Shown: positions 18,148-26,155 of the stretch, piece after piece | Layout of the letters: every line of letters starts with the position of its first letter | How positions within the stretch are numbered: the first letter of the stretch is position 1 | Source of the DNA: an uncultured Gammaproteobacteria bacterium | Lineage (GTDB): Bacteria > Patescibacteriota > Patescibacteriia > Magasanikbacterales > GWA2-37-8 | Direction of reading: 5' to 3' | Assembly (NCBI GenBank): GCA_964439885.1 | Contig: CAYTPE010000003.1 | Location: forward strand, 1 to 47,968 | DNA length: 47,968 nucleotides | Notes under the pieces: model-generated | What the model was told of the DNA's origin: nothing | Database searches by the model: none | Seen by the model: only the letters and a program-made list of their open reading frames with translations | Position numbers and translations under genes: made by a program

Positions 18148-18480
18148 TTAGTTATTAAGGAAGTCTACAACCACACCGCCGCTGTCGAAGGTAATAATTG
18201 TCTTGGGTAGTTCGTGAGGCAACCGTTCACTGACGAATGTAGCGTACCCGGCAGAGGAAGGGTATTCTGAGTCTTCGGTGTAATCTAATAAACGACCTCC
18301 AAAAACAACAGAGCACGTGGCAAGACGAGCTTTATTGTTTTTAAGCCAGGCGGCGAAATCGGGGATCGTGTCGTTTTCTTTGACGATAGGTGGCAGCAGG
18401 AAGAATTCTTCACTTTTTTGTTCCGGATTGCGTCCCTGCTTAAGACCATCTTCGTGTCCGAGTAACGTACTAAAAAACAT
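18148..18480 (-). CDS. Hypothetical protein
   Basis: 110-aa ORF packed tightly between DUF167 and nfo. Confidence 0.5.
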   Translation of the reverse strand: MFFSTLLGHEDGLKQGRNPEQKSEEFFLLPPIVKENDTIPDFAAWLKNNKARLATCSVVFGGRLLDYTEDSEYPSSAGYATFVSERLPHELPKTIITFDSGGVVVDFLNN

Positions 18481-18482
18481 AT

Positions 18483-19334
18483 TTAAGCAGCGTCACGTAT
18501 TTCTTTTAAGATCGTCAGATCCTCATTCACTCGGTCGTGTTCTGTCTCGAGGACAAAGTTAATTTTTTGAAAATCTTTATTGTTTAGCATGGCCTTGAAA
18601 CCATCGAGCCCAATATGGCCCTGGCCAATGTGTTCGTGGCGATCTTTGTGAGAACCGAACTCTGGTTTACTGTCGTTGCATTGCGACATTTTAAGCTTAT
18701 CGAGGCCGATAATTTTATCGAAATGGGCAAGTGTTTTTTTGACATCTTCTGGCGTGCGGCAGTCGTAGCCGCTTGCGAACGCGTGTTGTGTGTCGTAGCA
18801 CACGCCAATGTCGTATTTTTTTAATTTTGGGTGATAAATAATTTCGGCAATTTCTTCAAAGGTATCGCCAATAACGCTACCAGCGCCAGCTGTAATTTCC
18901 ACCAAAAATTGCGTTTCGCCTCTGTAGCCTTTAAGCGTTTTGTCGAGACCTTCAATGAGTTGTTGGAAGCCTTCTTTTTCACCCAAATCCTTGTAGCTGC
19001 CCAGGTGCGCCATCAGATATTTGACCCCCAGCATGCTCGAACGTTCCAACTCTTCACGAATAACGGCGATGGAGCCATATTTGATCCGGTTATTGGCCGA
19101 GGCGTAATTAATGAAGTATGGCGCGTGCACGTAACACTCAGCTTGGCCACACAGTTCCATATTTTTTTTAAACAAAGCAGCCACTTCTTTGGAAATAGGA
19201 TTAACCGGGCCGCCGTGCGGTGAACGGGTAAACATCTGAAAAACTTCGCAGCCGATTTTGGCAGCGTTGAGTGGAGCGTTAAAGATACCACCGGCGATTG
19301 ATACGTGGGCACCGAAGAGCATACATTTAAGCAT
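18483..19334 (-). CDS. nfo: Deoxyribonuclease IV (endonuclease IV)
   Basis: 283 aa with GAHVSIAGG and the TIM-barrel AP-endonuclease 2 His/Asp/Glu pattern (…HLGSY…, …CYDTQHAF…, …HEHIGQG…LETE). Confidence 0.9.
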   Translation of the reverse strand: MLKCMLFGAHVSIAGGIFNAPLNAAKIGCEVFQMFTRSPHGGPVNPISKEVAALFKKNMELCGQAECYVHAPYFINYASANNRIKYGSIAVIREELERSSMLGVKYLMAHLGSYKDLGEKEGFQQLIEGLDKTLKGYRGETQFLVEITAGAGSVIGDTFEEIAEIIYHPKLKKYDIGVCYDTQHAFASGYDCRTPEDVKKTLAHFDKIIGLDKLKMSQCNDSKPEFGSHKDRHEHIGQGHIGLDGFKAMLNNKDFQKINFVLETEHDRVNEDLTILKEIRDAA

Positions 19335-19719
19335 CTGTGTCTAAAAGCGGGGTTGTTTCAGAGCTGATTATCTTTAGTTCTTGAGAAGTGCCTCCCACCA
19401 ACTTCTTCAATTGACCAGCCACCACCTGTTCGCCGGTAAAAAAACCAGAACTATTAACCCCCTTTTTAGCATCAGAAACGGTCGGATACAGATCAATTAC
19501 AAAGTGCCATTTTTTAGTGCTCGGATCTTGTTGAGCGCGTGTTCCACCTACGACACAAATTTCAGTGCCGCCTTGATTATATGTTGCCGCCACACGATCG
19601 TACAGCTTAAATCCGAGTTTCTCAAAAAAAGAATCTGCTGTTTCGGCACGGGGGGGCTCTTTTTTTTCCGCCGGCCCCTTCTTTTGCGCACCAAAATGAC
19701 CAAAAAGGCGCTCAAACAT
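19327..19719 (-). CDS. Hypothetical protein
   Basis: 130-aa ORF whose end overlaps the nfo start by 8 nt. Confidence 0.5.
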   Translation of the reverse strand: MFERLFGHFGAQKKGPAEKKEPPRAETADSFFEKLGFKLYDRVAATYNQGGTEICVVGGTRAQQDPSTKKWHFVIDLYPTVSDAKKGVNSSGFFTGEQVVAGQLKKLVGGTSQELKIISSETTPLLDTDA

Positions 19720-19842
19720 ACTACATTAAATAATTTATTATTCAATCGCAAACCTAACGAGCTGGACGCTCAAACGCTTATAATTACTATAATGCCTAAA
19801 TAAAAAAATGTCCACTGGGCAGTGAACACTTTAACAGACATA

Positions 19843-20283
19843 TTATTTTTTTGAATCTGAAAAAATAACGCTGTCCGGATTTTCCTTAAAGAAAGAGAGC
19901 GGGAGCAAAAATGTTTTTTCTGGTACCGCGACCGTCCGCACAACCACCGCATAGTGGATCACTGTTCGGTCGGGCGCTCCAGGTTCATCATTATTAAAAC
20001 CCACGTAAGATAAAACGGCATATGTTGACCCCGCCTCTTTGATGGCAAACTGCCTTCCGGGCACTAAAGCGGGTAAGTCGCGACGAAAAGCCTGTTCGGC
20101 CTCAGCCGTCGTTTTGGGGTCATCGTACAGTTGTAGCTTGTTGTCGGTGGTGCGCAAGCCCGCGGGGTGTTGATCGGGCCATTCTTGCAAAGACGGTTCA
20201 TGTTGAGTAGATCCTGGGCGCCTTATTCGGCCAGCACTAGAATCTACAACAGCTTTTAGACTTCCCAATCCCTCATAAACCAT
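19843..20283 (-). CDS. Hypothetical protein
   Basis: 146-aa ORF followed by a hairpin plus T-run at about 19806-19833 on the minus strand. Confidence 0.5.
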   Translation of the reverse strand: MVYEGLGSLKAVVDSSAGRIRRPGSTQHEPSLQEWPDQHPAGLRTTDNKLQLYDDPKTTAEAEQAFRRDLPALVPGRQFAIKEAGSTYAVLSYVGFNNDEPGAPDRTVIHYAVVVRTVAVPEKTFLLPLSFFKENPDSVIFSDSKK

Positions 20284-20307
20284 AGTGATTCGATTAAAGT
20301 AAGTATA

Positions 20308-21588
20308 CTATTTTAGAATTTTTTCTCTGAGGTGCGCAACCACCTTTCGATTCTGCACCGTTGCCGCTATTGTATCAATCACTTCTGCTTTTTTCAAATT
20401 TTCTTCAACTGTTTTATCGCCTGGGTACGCGGCGCGGATGGCTTCAATTTCTTTGTTGAGTTCGTCTTTTTCAACTTTCATATTATTCTCATGCGCCACT
20501 TGGCGAGAGATGAGGGCGGCCTTAGCTCGCTTGGTAGCGCTTTCGGTAAAGTCGGCGAAGATCTGCTCTTCGGTTTTTTTGATGTCTTGCAGGTATTGTT
20601 CAATCGTTAAACCGCGGCGATCCAGGTCGCTTTTGAGTTCGTAAAACATTTTACGTTTTTCGGAATCAACCAAAACTTGTGGCAGCTCACCAAACTGAGT
20701 TTTTTCTATCACCTGATCCAAAATCGCCTCTTCCACGCGAGCATCTTCTTTACGCTCGGCTTCACGCTGGAGATTGGCGGTCAAAAGTTTTTTGAGTTCT
20801 TCCAAACTTTGTTGACCAAGCGACTTGGCGAACTCGTCGTTGAGCTCCGGATATTGGAGCTCAAAGACTTCATTCACTTTGATTTTAAAGTCAACATCTT
20901 TACCGGCGAATTGTTTCTGATAGTGCTCTTTCGGGAAAGGCAAGGTAAATTCCTTTTCGTCGCCTTTTTTGAGGCCCACAAGCTGTTCGGCTAAGCCAGG
21001 AATGTAGTGTGGTTCGCTGAGGTACACCTGGTGGTTTTTGGCCTGCCCACCCTCCATTGGTACTTTGTCTATAAACATGTCTAAATCAATCGTCACCTTG
21101 TCTTCTTTGGTAGAAGCGCTGTCCTTTACCACTTCTTTTGGTTGCATTTTTCGAATATTCTCCAGAGTATCTCCCATCTCCTTATCTCCTATCTCCACAG
21201 CCTTTTTTTCAACTTTAATAGTGTCTAGGTTTGGTAGCTTAACGCTTGGCAGCAAGGCAACGGTAGCGACATAAATTAGTTCGTTCCCCGGTGCCATTTT
21301 TTCTACTTTAATTTGCGGCATGCCGATTGTTTCGAGTTTTTCTTGTTTTACTACTTCAAAATACGTGCGTTGGATAATGGCTTCCACCGCTTCTTCCAGA
21401 ATTTTACCTTCGCCAAGCTGCTGTTTTATCATTTCGTAGGGAGCTTTGCCGGGGCGGAAGCCTTTAATGGCAGCCCGCTGAGAGAGACGCAAAGCAGCCG
21501 CCTCCATGTCCTTCTTAAGTTCGTCGGGAGATAAGGTGAACGAAATTTCTACCTGTGATTTTTCGAGTTTTTTTACGACGTGATTCAT
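20308..21588 (-). CDS. tig: Trigger factor
   Basis: N-terminal ribosome-binding motif AIKGFRPGKAP. I chose the start at MNHVVKKLEKSQVEI rather than the upstream extension to 21654. Confidence 0.9.
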   Translation of the reverse strand: MNHVVKKLEKSQVEISFTLSPDELKKDMEAAALRLSQRAAIKGFRPGKAPYEMIKQQLGEGKILEEAVEAIIQRTYFEVVKQEKLETIGMPQIKVEKMAPGNELIYVATVALLPSVKLPNLDTIKVEKKAVEIGDKEMGDTLENIRKMQPKEVVKDSASTKEDKVTIDLDMFIDKVPMEGGQAKNHQVYLSEPHYIPGLAEQLVGLKKGDEKEFTLPFPKEHYQKQFAGKDVDFKIKVNEVFELQYPELNDEFAKSLGQQSLEELKKLLTANLQREAERKEDARVEEAILDQVIEKTQFGELPQVLVDSEKRKMFYELKSDLDRRGLTIEQYLQDIKKTEEQIFADFTESATKRAKAALISRQVAHENNMKVEKDELNKEIEAIRAAYPGDKTVEENLKKAEVIDTIAATVQNRKVVAHLREKILK

Positions 21589-21670
21589 ACGGATTGTGTG
21601 AAAATTTAGACAGATTAGTTCACGCATTCTAGCGGAAATACCGGCACCTGTCAATTAGTAATAAGAAAAC

Positions 21671-21702
21671 AAAAATCCCGACTGAAAAGGTCGGGATTTT
21701 TT
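21671..21702. terminator. Intrinsic terminator after hppA (bidirectional shape)
   Basis: aaaaatcccgac…gtcgggatttttt. Confidence 0.75.
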
Positions 21703-21750
21703 GTTGCAGCGAAGATCCTTCGGGTGAAGCCCTCAGGATGACAGCGAAGT

Positions 21751-23748
21751 TTATTTGAGAAGCAGACCAACAATCAGAAGCGCTACAATATTCGCAACTT
21801 TGATCATCGGGTTAATAGCCGGGCCAGCGGTATCTTTGTATGGGTCGCCAACCGTATCGCCGGTCACGGCCGCTTTGTGCGCGTCGCTGCCTTTGCCGCC
21901 GTAGTTTCCTTTTTCAATGAATTTCTTCGCATTGTCCCAAGCGGCGCCACCGGTTGTCATAGAGATAGCCACAAAGAGACCGGTGATAATGGTACCAACG
22001 AGTAAACCACCGAGTGCTTGGATGCCAAGCAGCCAACCAACGAGAATTGGCACTACGATCGGCAAAAGCGATGGAAGCACCATCTGGCGAATAGCATCTT
22101 TGGTTACGATGTCAGAAGCCGCGCTGTAGTCTGGTTTACCAGTGCCTTCCATAATGCCGGCGATTTCTTTGAATTGGCGTCGAACTTCCTCCACTACTTT
22201 ACCAGCTACTTTACCTACCGATTCCATCAGCATAGCGCCAAAGAGATATGGGAGCAGACCGCCGATGAAAAGACCGGTAAGCACTTTGGGATCATTGATA
22301 AGGAATGTATAAGTTGAAGGAAGTTTGTGTGTGAAGTCGGCAAAGAGTACGATAGCAGCGAGGCCAGCGGAAGCGATGGCATAGCCCTTCGTTACGGCTT
22401 TGGTGGTGTTACCAACAGCATCAAGCGGATCGGTGACAGAGCGCACCGATTCGGGAAGTTCGGCCATTTCCGCGATGCCACCAGCATTGTCGGTAATGGG
22501 GCCGTACGCGTCAATAGTTACCACAATACCGGTAAGCGAGAGCATGGCAACAGCCGCAATAGCAACGCCATAGAGGTCAGCGAGCCAATAGGTGAGCAGC
22601 AGTGCCGCCACAATAAAGATAACTGGCAAAGCGGTAGAGCGCATGCTGGCAGCAAGACCAGAAATAATATTTGTACCATGGCCGGTAACTGAAGCCTTGG
22701 CAATATTTTGCACAGGTTTGTAATTTGTGGACGTGTAGTAGTCGGTAAGGAGCACCATAATGGCAGTCAATGCCAAACCAATCACCGCGCAGATGAAATA
22801 ATTAAATGCTTGACCGCGCACGCTCACAAGCGAACCAGCAAAGAACCAGTTCGTGATAAAGAAGAAGGCAATGAGGGCGATAACCCCTGCAGCCGCCAAA
22901 CCTTTGTACAGCGCGTTCATCACGTTATTATTTTTACCGAGACGAATGAAGAATGTGCCAAGGATAGAAGCGATAATTGAAGCACCGCCAAGAACCAGCG
23001 GATAGCTTATAACAGCATCATTAGTTGGGAAAACAAGTTTACCAAGCACCATGGCAGCAATGAGTGTGATGGCGTACGTTTCGAAAAGGTCAGCAGCCAT
23101 ACCAGCGCAGTCGCCTACGTTGTCGCCAACATTGTCCGCAATCACAGCTGGGTTGCGGGGGTCGTCTTCTGGGATGCCTTTTTCTACCTTACCAACGAGG
23201 TCGGCACCAACATCGGCCGCCTTAGTATAAATACCCCCACCAATACGAGCAAATACGGAAATTAGGCTGCCACCAAAACCAAGACCAACCAAAGCCGATA
23301 CATCATGGCCAGTTACCAAATAAAAAGCCGACACGCTGAGTAAGCCAAGACCGGCAACGAGCAAACCAGTAATTGAACCGCCACGCACTGCCAAATCAAG
23401 TGCGGCTTTAAAACCCTTTTTAGCAGCCTCAGCAGTGCGTACGTTGGCGCGCACCGAAATACTCATGCCAATAACACCTGCCAAACCAGAACAGATAGCA
23501 CCAACCAAAAATCCGAAAGCGGTTGCCCAATCGAGGAACAAACCGAGCAATACAAAGATAAGAGCTGCTACCACGCCGATGGTGGTGTACTGGCGCTTAA
23601 GGTAGGCAGTGGCGCCTTCCTGAATTGCGCGCGAAATGGACTGCATGCGTTCGTCGCCTGCCGGCTGTTTCATGATCCAACTAATTAAAATAGCGCCATA
23701 AAGTACTGCAATTAAGCCCGGTACCAAGGCGGCCCACACGATGAGCAT
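21751..23748 (-). CDS. hppA: Membrane-bound proton/sodium-translocating pyrophosphatase
   Basis: 665 aa, polytopic, with [29 protein letters not shown] and [14 protein letters not shown] signature motifs. Confidence 0.96.
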   Translation of the reverse strand: MLIVWAALVPGLIAVLYGAILISWIMKQPAGDERMQSISRAIQEGATAYLKRQYTTIGVVAALIFVLLGLFLDWATAFGFLVGAICSGLAGVIGMSISVRANVRTAEAAKKGFKAALDLAVRGGSITGLLVAGLGLLSVSAFYLVTGHDVSALVGLGFGGSLISVFARIGGGIYTKAADVGADLVGKVEKGIPEDDPRNPAVIADNVGDNVGDCAGMAADLFETYAITLIAAMVLGKLVFPTNDAVISYPLVLGGASIIASILGTFFIRLGKNNNVMNALYKGLAAAGVIALIAFFFITNWFFAGSLVSVRGQAFNYFICAVIGLALTAIMVLLTDYYTSTNYKPVQNIAKASVTGHGTNIISGLAASMRSTALPVIFIVAALLLTYWLADLYGVAIAAVAMLSLTGIVVTIDAYGPITDNAGGIAEMAELPESVRSVTDPLDAVGNTTKAVTKGYAIASAGLAAIVLFADFTHKLPSTYTFLINDPKVLTGLFIGGLLPYLFGAMLMESVGKVAGKVVEEVRRQFKEIAGIMEGTGKPDYSAASDIVTKDAIRQMVLPSLLPIVVPILVGWLLGIQALGGLLVGTIITGLFVAISMTTGGAAWDNAKKFIEKGNYGGKGSDAHKAAVTGDTVGDPYKDTAGPAINPMIKVANIVALLIVGLLLK

Positions 23749-23779
23749 AGGGTTTGTTCTTTAGTAAATAAAGTTGCTA

Positions 23780-23838
23780 ATTGTTGATTGTTAATTATTG
23801 TAATTTAATTTGAACAATCAACAATGAGCAATTAACAA
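23780..23838. promoter_or_regulatory. Heptamer-array palindrome with a TTGTTAATT / AATTAACAA pair upstream of hppA
   Basis: A 13-bp perfect IR: attgttgattgtt (23780-23792) / aacaatcaacaat (23813-23825). TTGTTAATT is at 23788-23796 and AATTAACAA at 23830-23838. Confidence 0.4.
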
Positions 23839-24038
23839 TGGCTACATGCTAGGTTTGATTTTGAGCATATACTATGGTAAAATAGCAATCTCGTCAACTC
23901 GGATTATCAACTTTTTGTGTTGTTTTGCGCACCAACATTCAAAGTTAAGTTGCGGCATTTATGCTAATTTTAGCCTAATTTAGACTCTCTTTCCGCGCAG
24001 TACCGTACCTCAAGTCAGAATGGTATCTATCAGACAGT

Positions 24039-25388
24039 ATGAAATATCGCGTTCTATTACAATTTCTTCGCGTGCTCATGTATGGCAAACGAGCCATCTG
24101 GTGGATTGCGAGCAGGATATATCTTATTTTAGCTAAGATTTTCGGTTTTGGCACCAAAAACATTATTTTCGTTCGCTATAAGTTTGGCTATTTCTTGAAA
24201 AAAATTGGCGTGGACACCAATAACGAATGGTTGCTCAAACGGGGTTTTTTGCAAACAGTTCTTTTTTTTAGCTTTTTTCTTTTTATTGTTGGCCACACTA
24301 CCCTCGCCCCCAAGGGCAATTTAGCTGACGCTGCCCAACACACTCAGGCTAATGAATTTTTTGGGTCTAACGACGAAGTACAATTGGAAGAAATTTCCAG
24401 CGGGAGTGCCCCAGACACCGCAGTGCCCAATTGGCGGCAGGGCATTATCGAAGCAGGTTCAGCACCGGCGATGGCAGACGGCCAAGATACGCTCGCCCAA
24501 CAAGAAGATTTTACCGAAATTGTGGCTGGCGGTACCGCGATCGGCAAGCCGACTATTATTACCGGTTCGGCAGCCGGCGCAGCTCGCTCGAGCGTTGATA
24601 ATTACACCGTCATGCCGGGCGATACGGTCGCGGGCATCGCTTATAATTTTGGAGTAAGCACCCCCACTATTTTGTGGGAAAATGGTCTCACACAAAAATC
24701 TCTACTCAAACCAGGTCAAGTTTTGCGCATTCCACCGGTCAGTGGCGTGATGCACACCCTTAAAAAGGGGGACACCCTCACAAAGATCGCGTCTCTGTAT
24801 GGAGTCAACGCAGCCGATATCATTTCTTTCAATCAGCTGAGTGCCGACGGAAAGGATTTGGTAGCCGGTGAGCGCATTATGGTACCTAACGGGGTGAAGC
24901 CTGCCTCTCCCACTCAGTCGAAACCAGCTACAACTGGATCCAAAACACGAATCACCGCCTCGCCGCTCGCTCGTGATGTCTCCGCTCTTCCTGCCTCTAC
25001 GGTGGCACCATCCGACGCCGGTTTCATTTGGCCATCTGGTTCACATATGGTGACGCAATACTTTAACCCCAACCATCACGCCATGGATATTGCAGGACCG
25101 TGGCAGACACCAACGTATGCGGCAAAGAGCGGCGTGGTAGAAAAGGCACAATGCGGTTGGAACGGCGGTTACGGTTGCTATGTGATTATTGACCACGGTA
25201 ACGGTATTAAAACGCTTTATGGCCACCATTCAGTGCTACTCGTCAAGCCAGGAGATGAAGTTCAGCAAGGGCAAGTGATCGCGCTGATGGGCAACACCGG
25301 CAACGTGCGTGGGCTCACCGGTATTCATCTTCATTTCGAAGTGATCGTGAACGGAGTGCGAGTAAATCCGCTCGGATATATACGTTAA
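24039..25388 (+). CDS. LysM-domain M23 family metallopeptidase
   Basis: Two LysM repeats (YTVMPGDTVAGIAYNFGV…, HTLKKGDTLTKIASLYGV…) and the M23 motifs HHAMDIAG … GNTGNVRGLTGIHLHFEV. Confidence 0.9.
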   Translation: MKYRVLLQFLRVLMYGKRAIWWIASRIYLILAKIFGFGTKNIIFVRYKFGYFLKKIGVDTNNEWLLKRGFLQTVLFFSFFLFIVGHTTLAPKGNLADAAQHTQANEFFGSNDEVQLEEISSGSAPDTAVPNWRQGIIEAGSAPAMADGQDTLAQQEDFTEIVAGGTAIGKPTIITGSAAGAARSSVDNYTVMPGDTVAGIAYNFGVSTPTILWENGLTQKSLLKPGQVLRIPPVSGVMHTLKKGDTLTKIASLYGVNAADIISFNQLSADGKDLVAGERIMVPNGVKPASPTQSKPATTGSKTRITASPLARDVSALPASTVAPSDAGFIWPSGSHMVTQYFNPNHHAMDIAGPWQTPTYAAKSGVVEKAQCGWNGGYGCYVIIDHGNGIKTLYGHHSVLLVKPGDEVQQGQVIALMGNTGNVRGLTGIHLHFEVIVNGVRVNPLGYIR

Positions 25389-25434
25389 GACTTGAAAAAA
25401 AGAATACAAAGTGGTATCCTGACACCACTTTAAT

Positions 25435-25506
25435 GGTACCGTAGCCAAGCAGTAAGGCAGAGGTCTGCAAAACCTTTATGCGCGGGTGCAATTCCCGCCG
25501 GTACCT
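25435..25506 (+). tRNA. tRNA-Cys (anticodon GCA)
   Basis: Acceptor ggtaccg/cggtacc, anticodon arm gaggt-ctgcaaa-acctt, T arm gcggg-tgcaatt-cccgc, discriminator U. The T-loop reads TGC instead of TTC. Confidence 0.8.
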
Positions 25507-25507
25507 C

Positions 25508-26155
25508 ATGTTTATGCTCGCCGCACACACAAGCCGCGCGCGCCGTATGTTCGCCACTCTCGTGTACGGTGCTGCTTTTTTGTTCGTTTATGGAATTACT
25601 AACCACATACTTTTGTGGTCACCACGAGAGCTGCCACTTGTATGGCACGAAGAGGCGATTCCATTCATTCTTTCTACTGTCTGGGTGTATCTTTCCGTCT
25701 TTATTTTTATTCCTCTGGCCTTTTGGCGCATACCCGAAAAGTCACTATCGCGCATGTTTCGCGGCGCACTCATTTTGCTGAGTATTCATGGGTTGTTTTT
25801 TTTGCTTTTTCCGACTACTGTCCCTCGTGTGCCGACCTCAGATGCGGCTGGATTTACCAGTCACGTTTATCATCACCTCGCAGCATTCGATCGTCCGCAA
25901 AATTGTTTTCCTTCGCACCATGTTGCTGCCGTAGTGTTTATGGCGTTTGCCCTCTGGCGCACGCGCTATGGCAAGCTCTTTATGGCGTGGGCGACGCTGA
26001 TCAGTCTCTCCACGCTCACTACCAAACAGCATATCGTACTTGATGTGCTCGGAGGAATTGCTGCTGCTACAACAGTATATTTTCTTGCTTTTCGTACGTC
26101 CGTACTGTATAAAGAGAGTAGCGGTTCTACATCTGCCAACACTTATGTCACCTGA
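25508..26155 (+). CDS. PAP2-superfamily membrane phosphatase/phosphotransferase
   Basis: PSHHVAAVVF and TKQHIVLDVLGG motifs. The ORF-track start at 25478 lies inside tRNA-Cys, so a later Met (25508, 25514 or 25547) must be used. Confidence 0.7.
   Translation: MFMLAAHTSRARRMFATLVYGAAFLFVYGITNHILLWSPRELPLVWHEEAIPFILSTVWVYLSVFIFIPLAFWRIPEKSLSRMFRGALILLSIHGLFFLLFPTTVPRVPTSDAAGFTSHVYHHLAAFDRPQNCFPSHHVAAVVFMAFALWRTRYGKLFMAWATLISLSTLTTKQHIVLDVLGGIAAATTVYFLAFRTSVLYKESSGSTSANTYVT

Noticed and set aside
25478-25507. ORF-track start of the PAP2 gene at 25478, and of polA at 26040.
   Set aside because: The 25478 start lies inside tRNA-Cys. The polA N-terminal 35 aa overlap the PAP2 gene and precede the conserved MSPEKKEKIVIIDGN start. 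Both were trimmed to internal ATGs.
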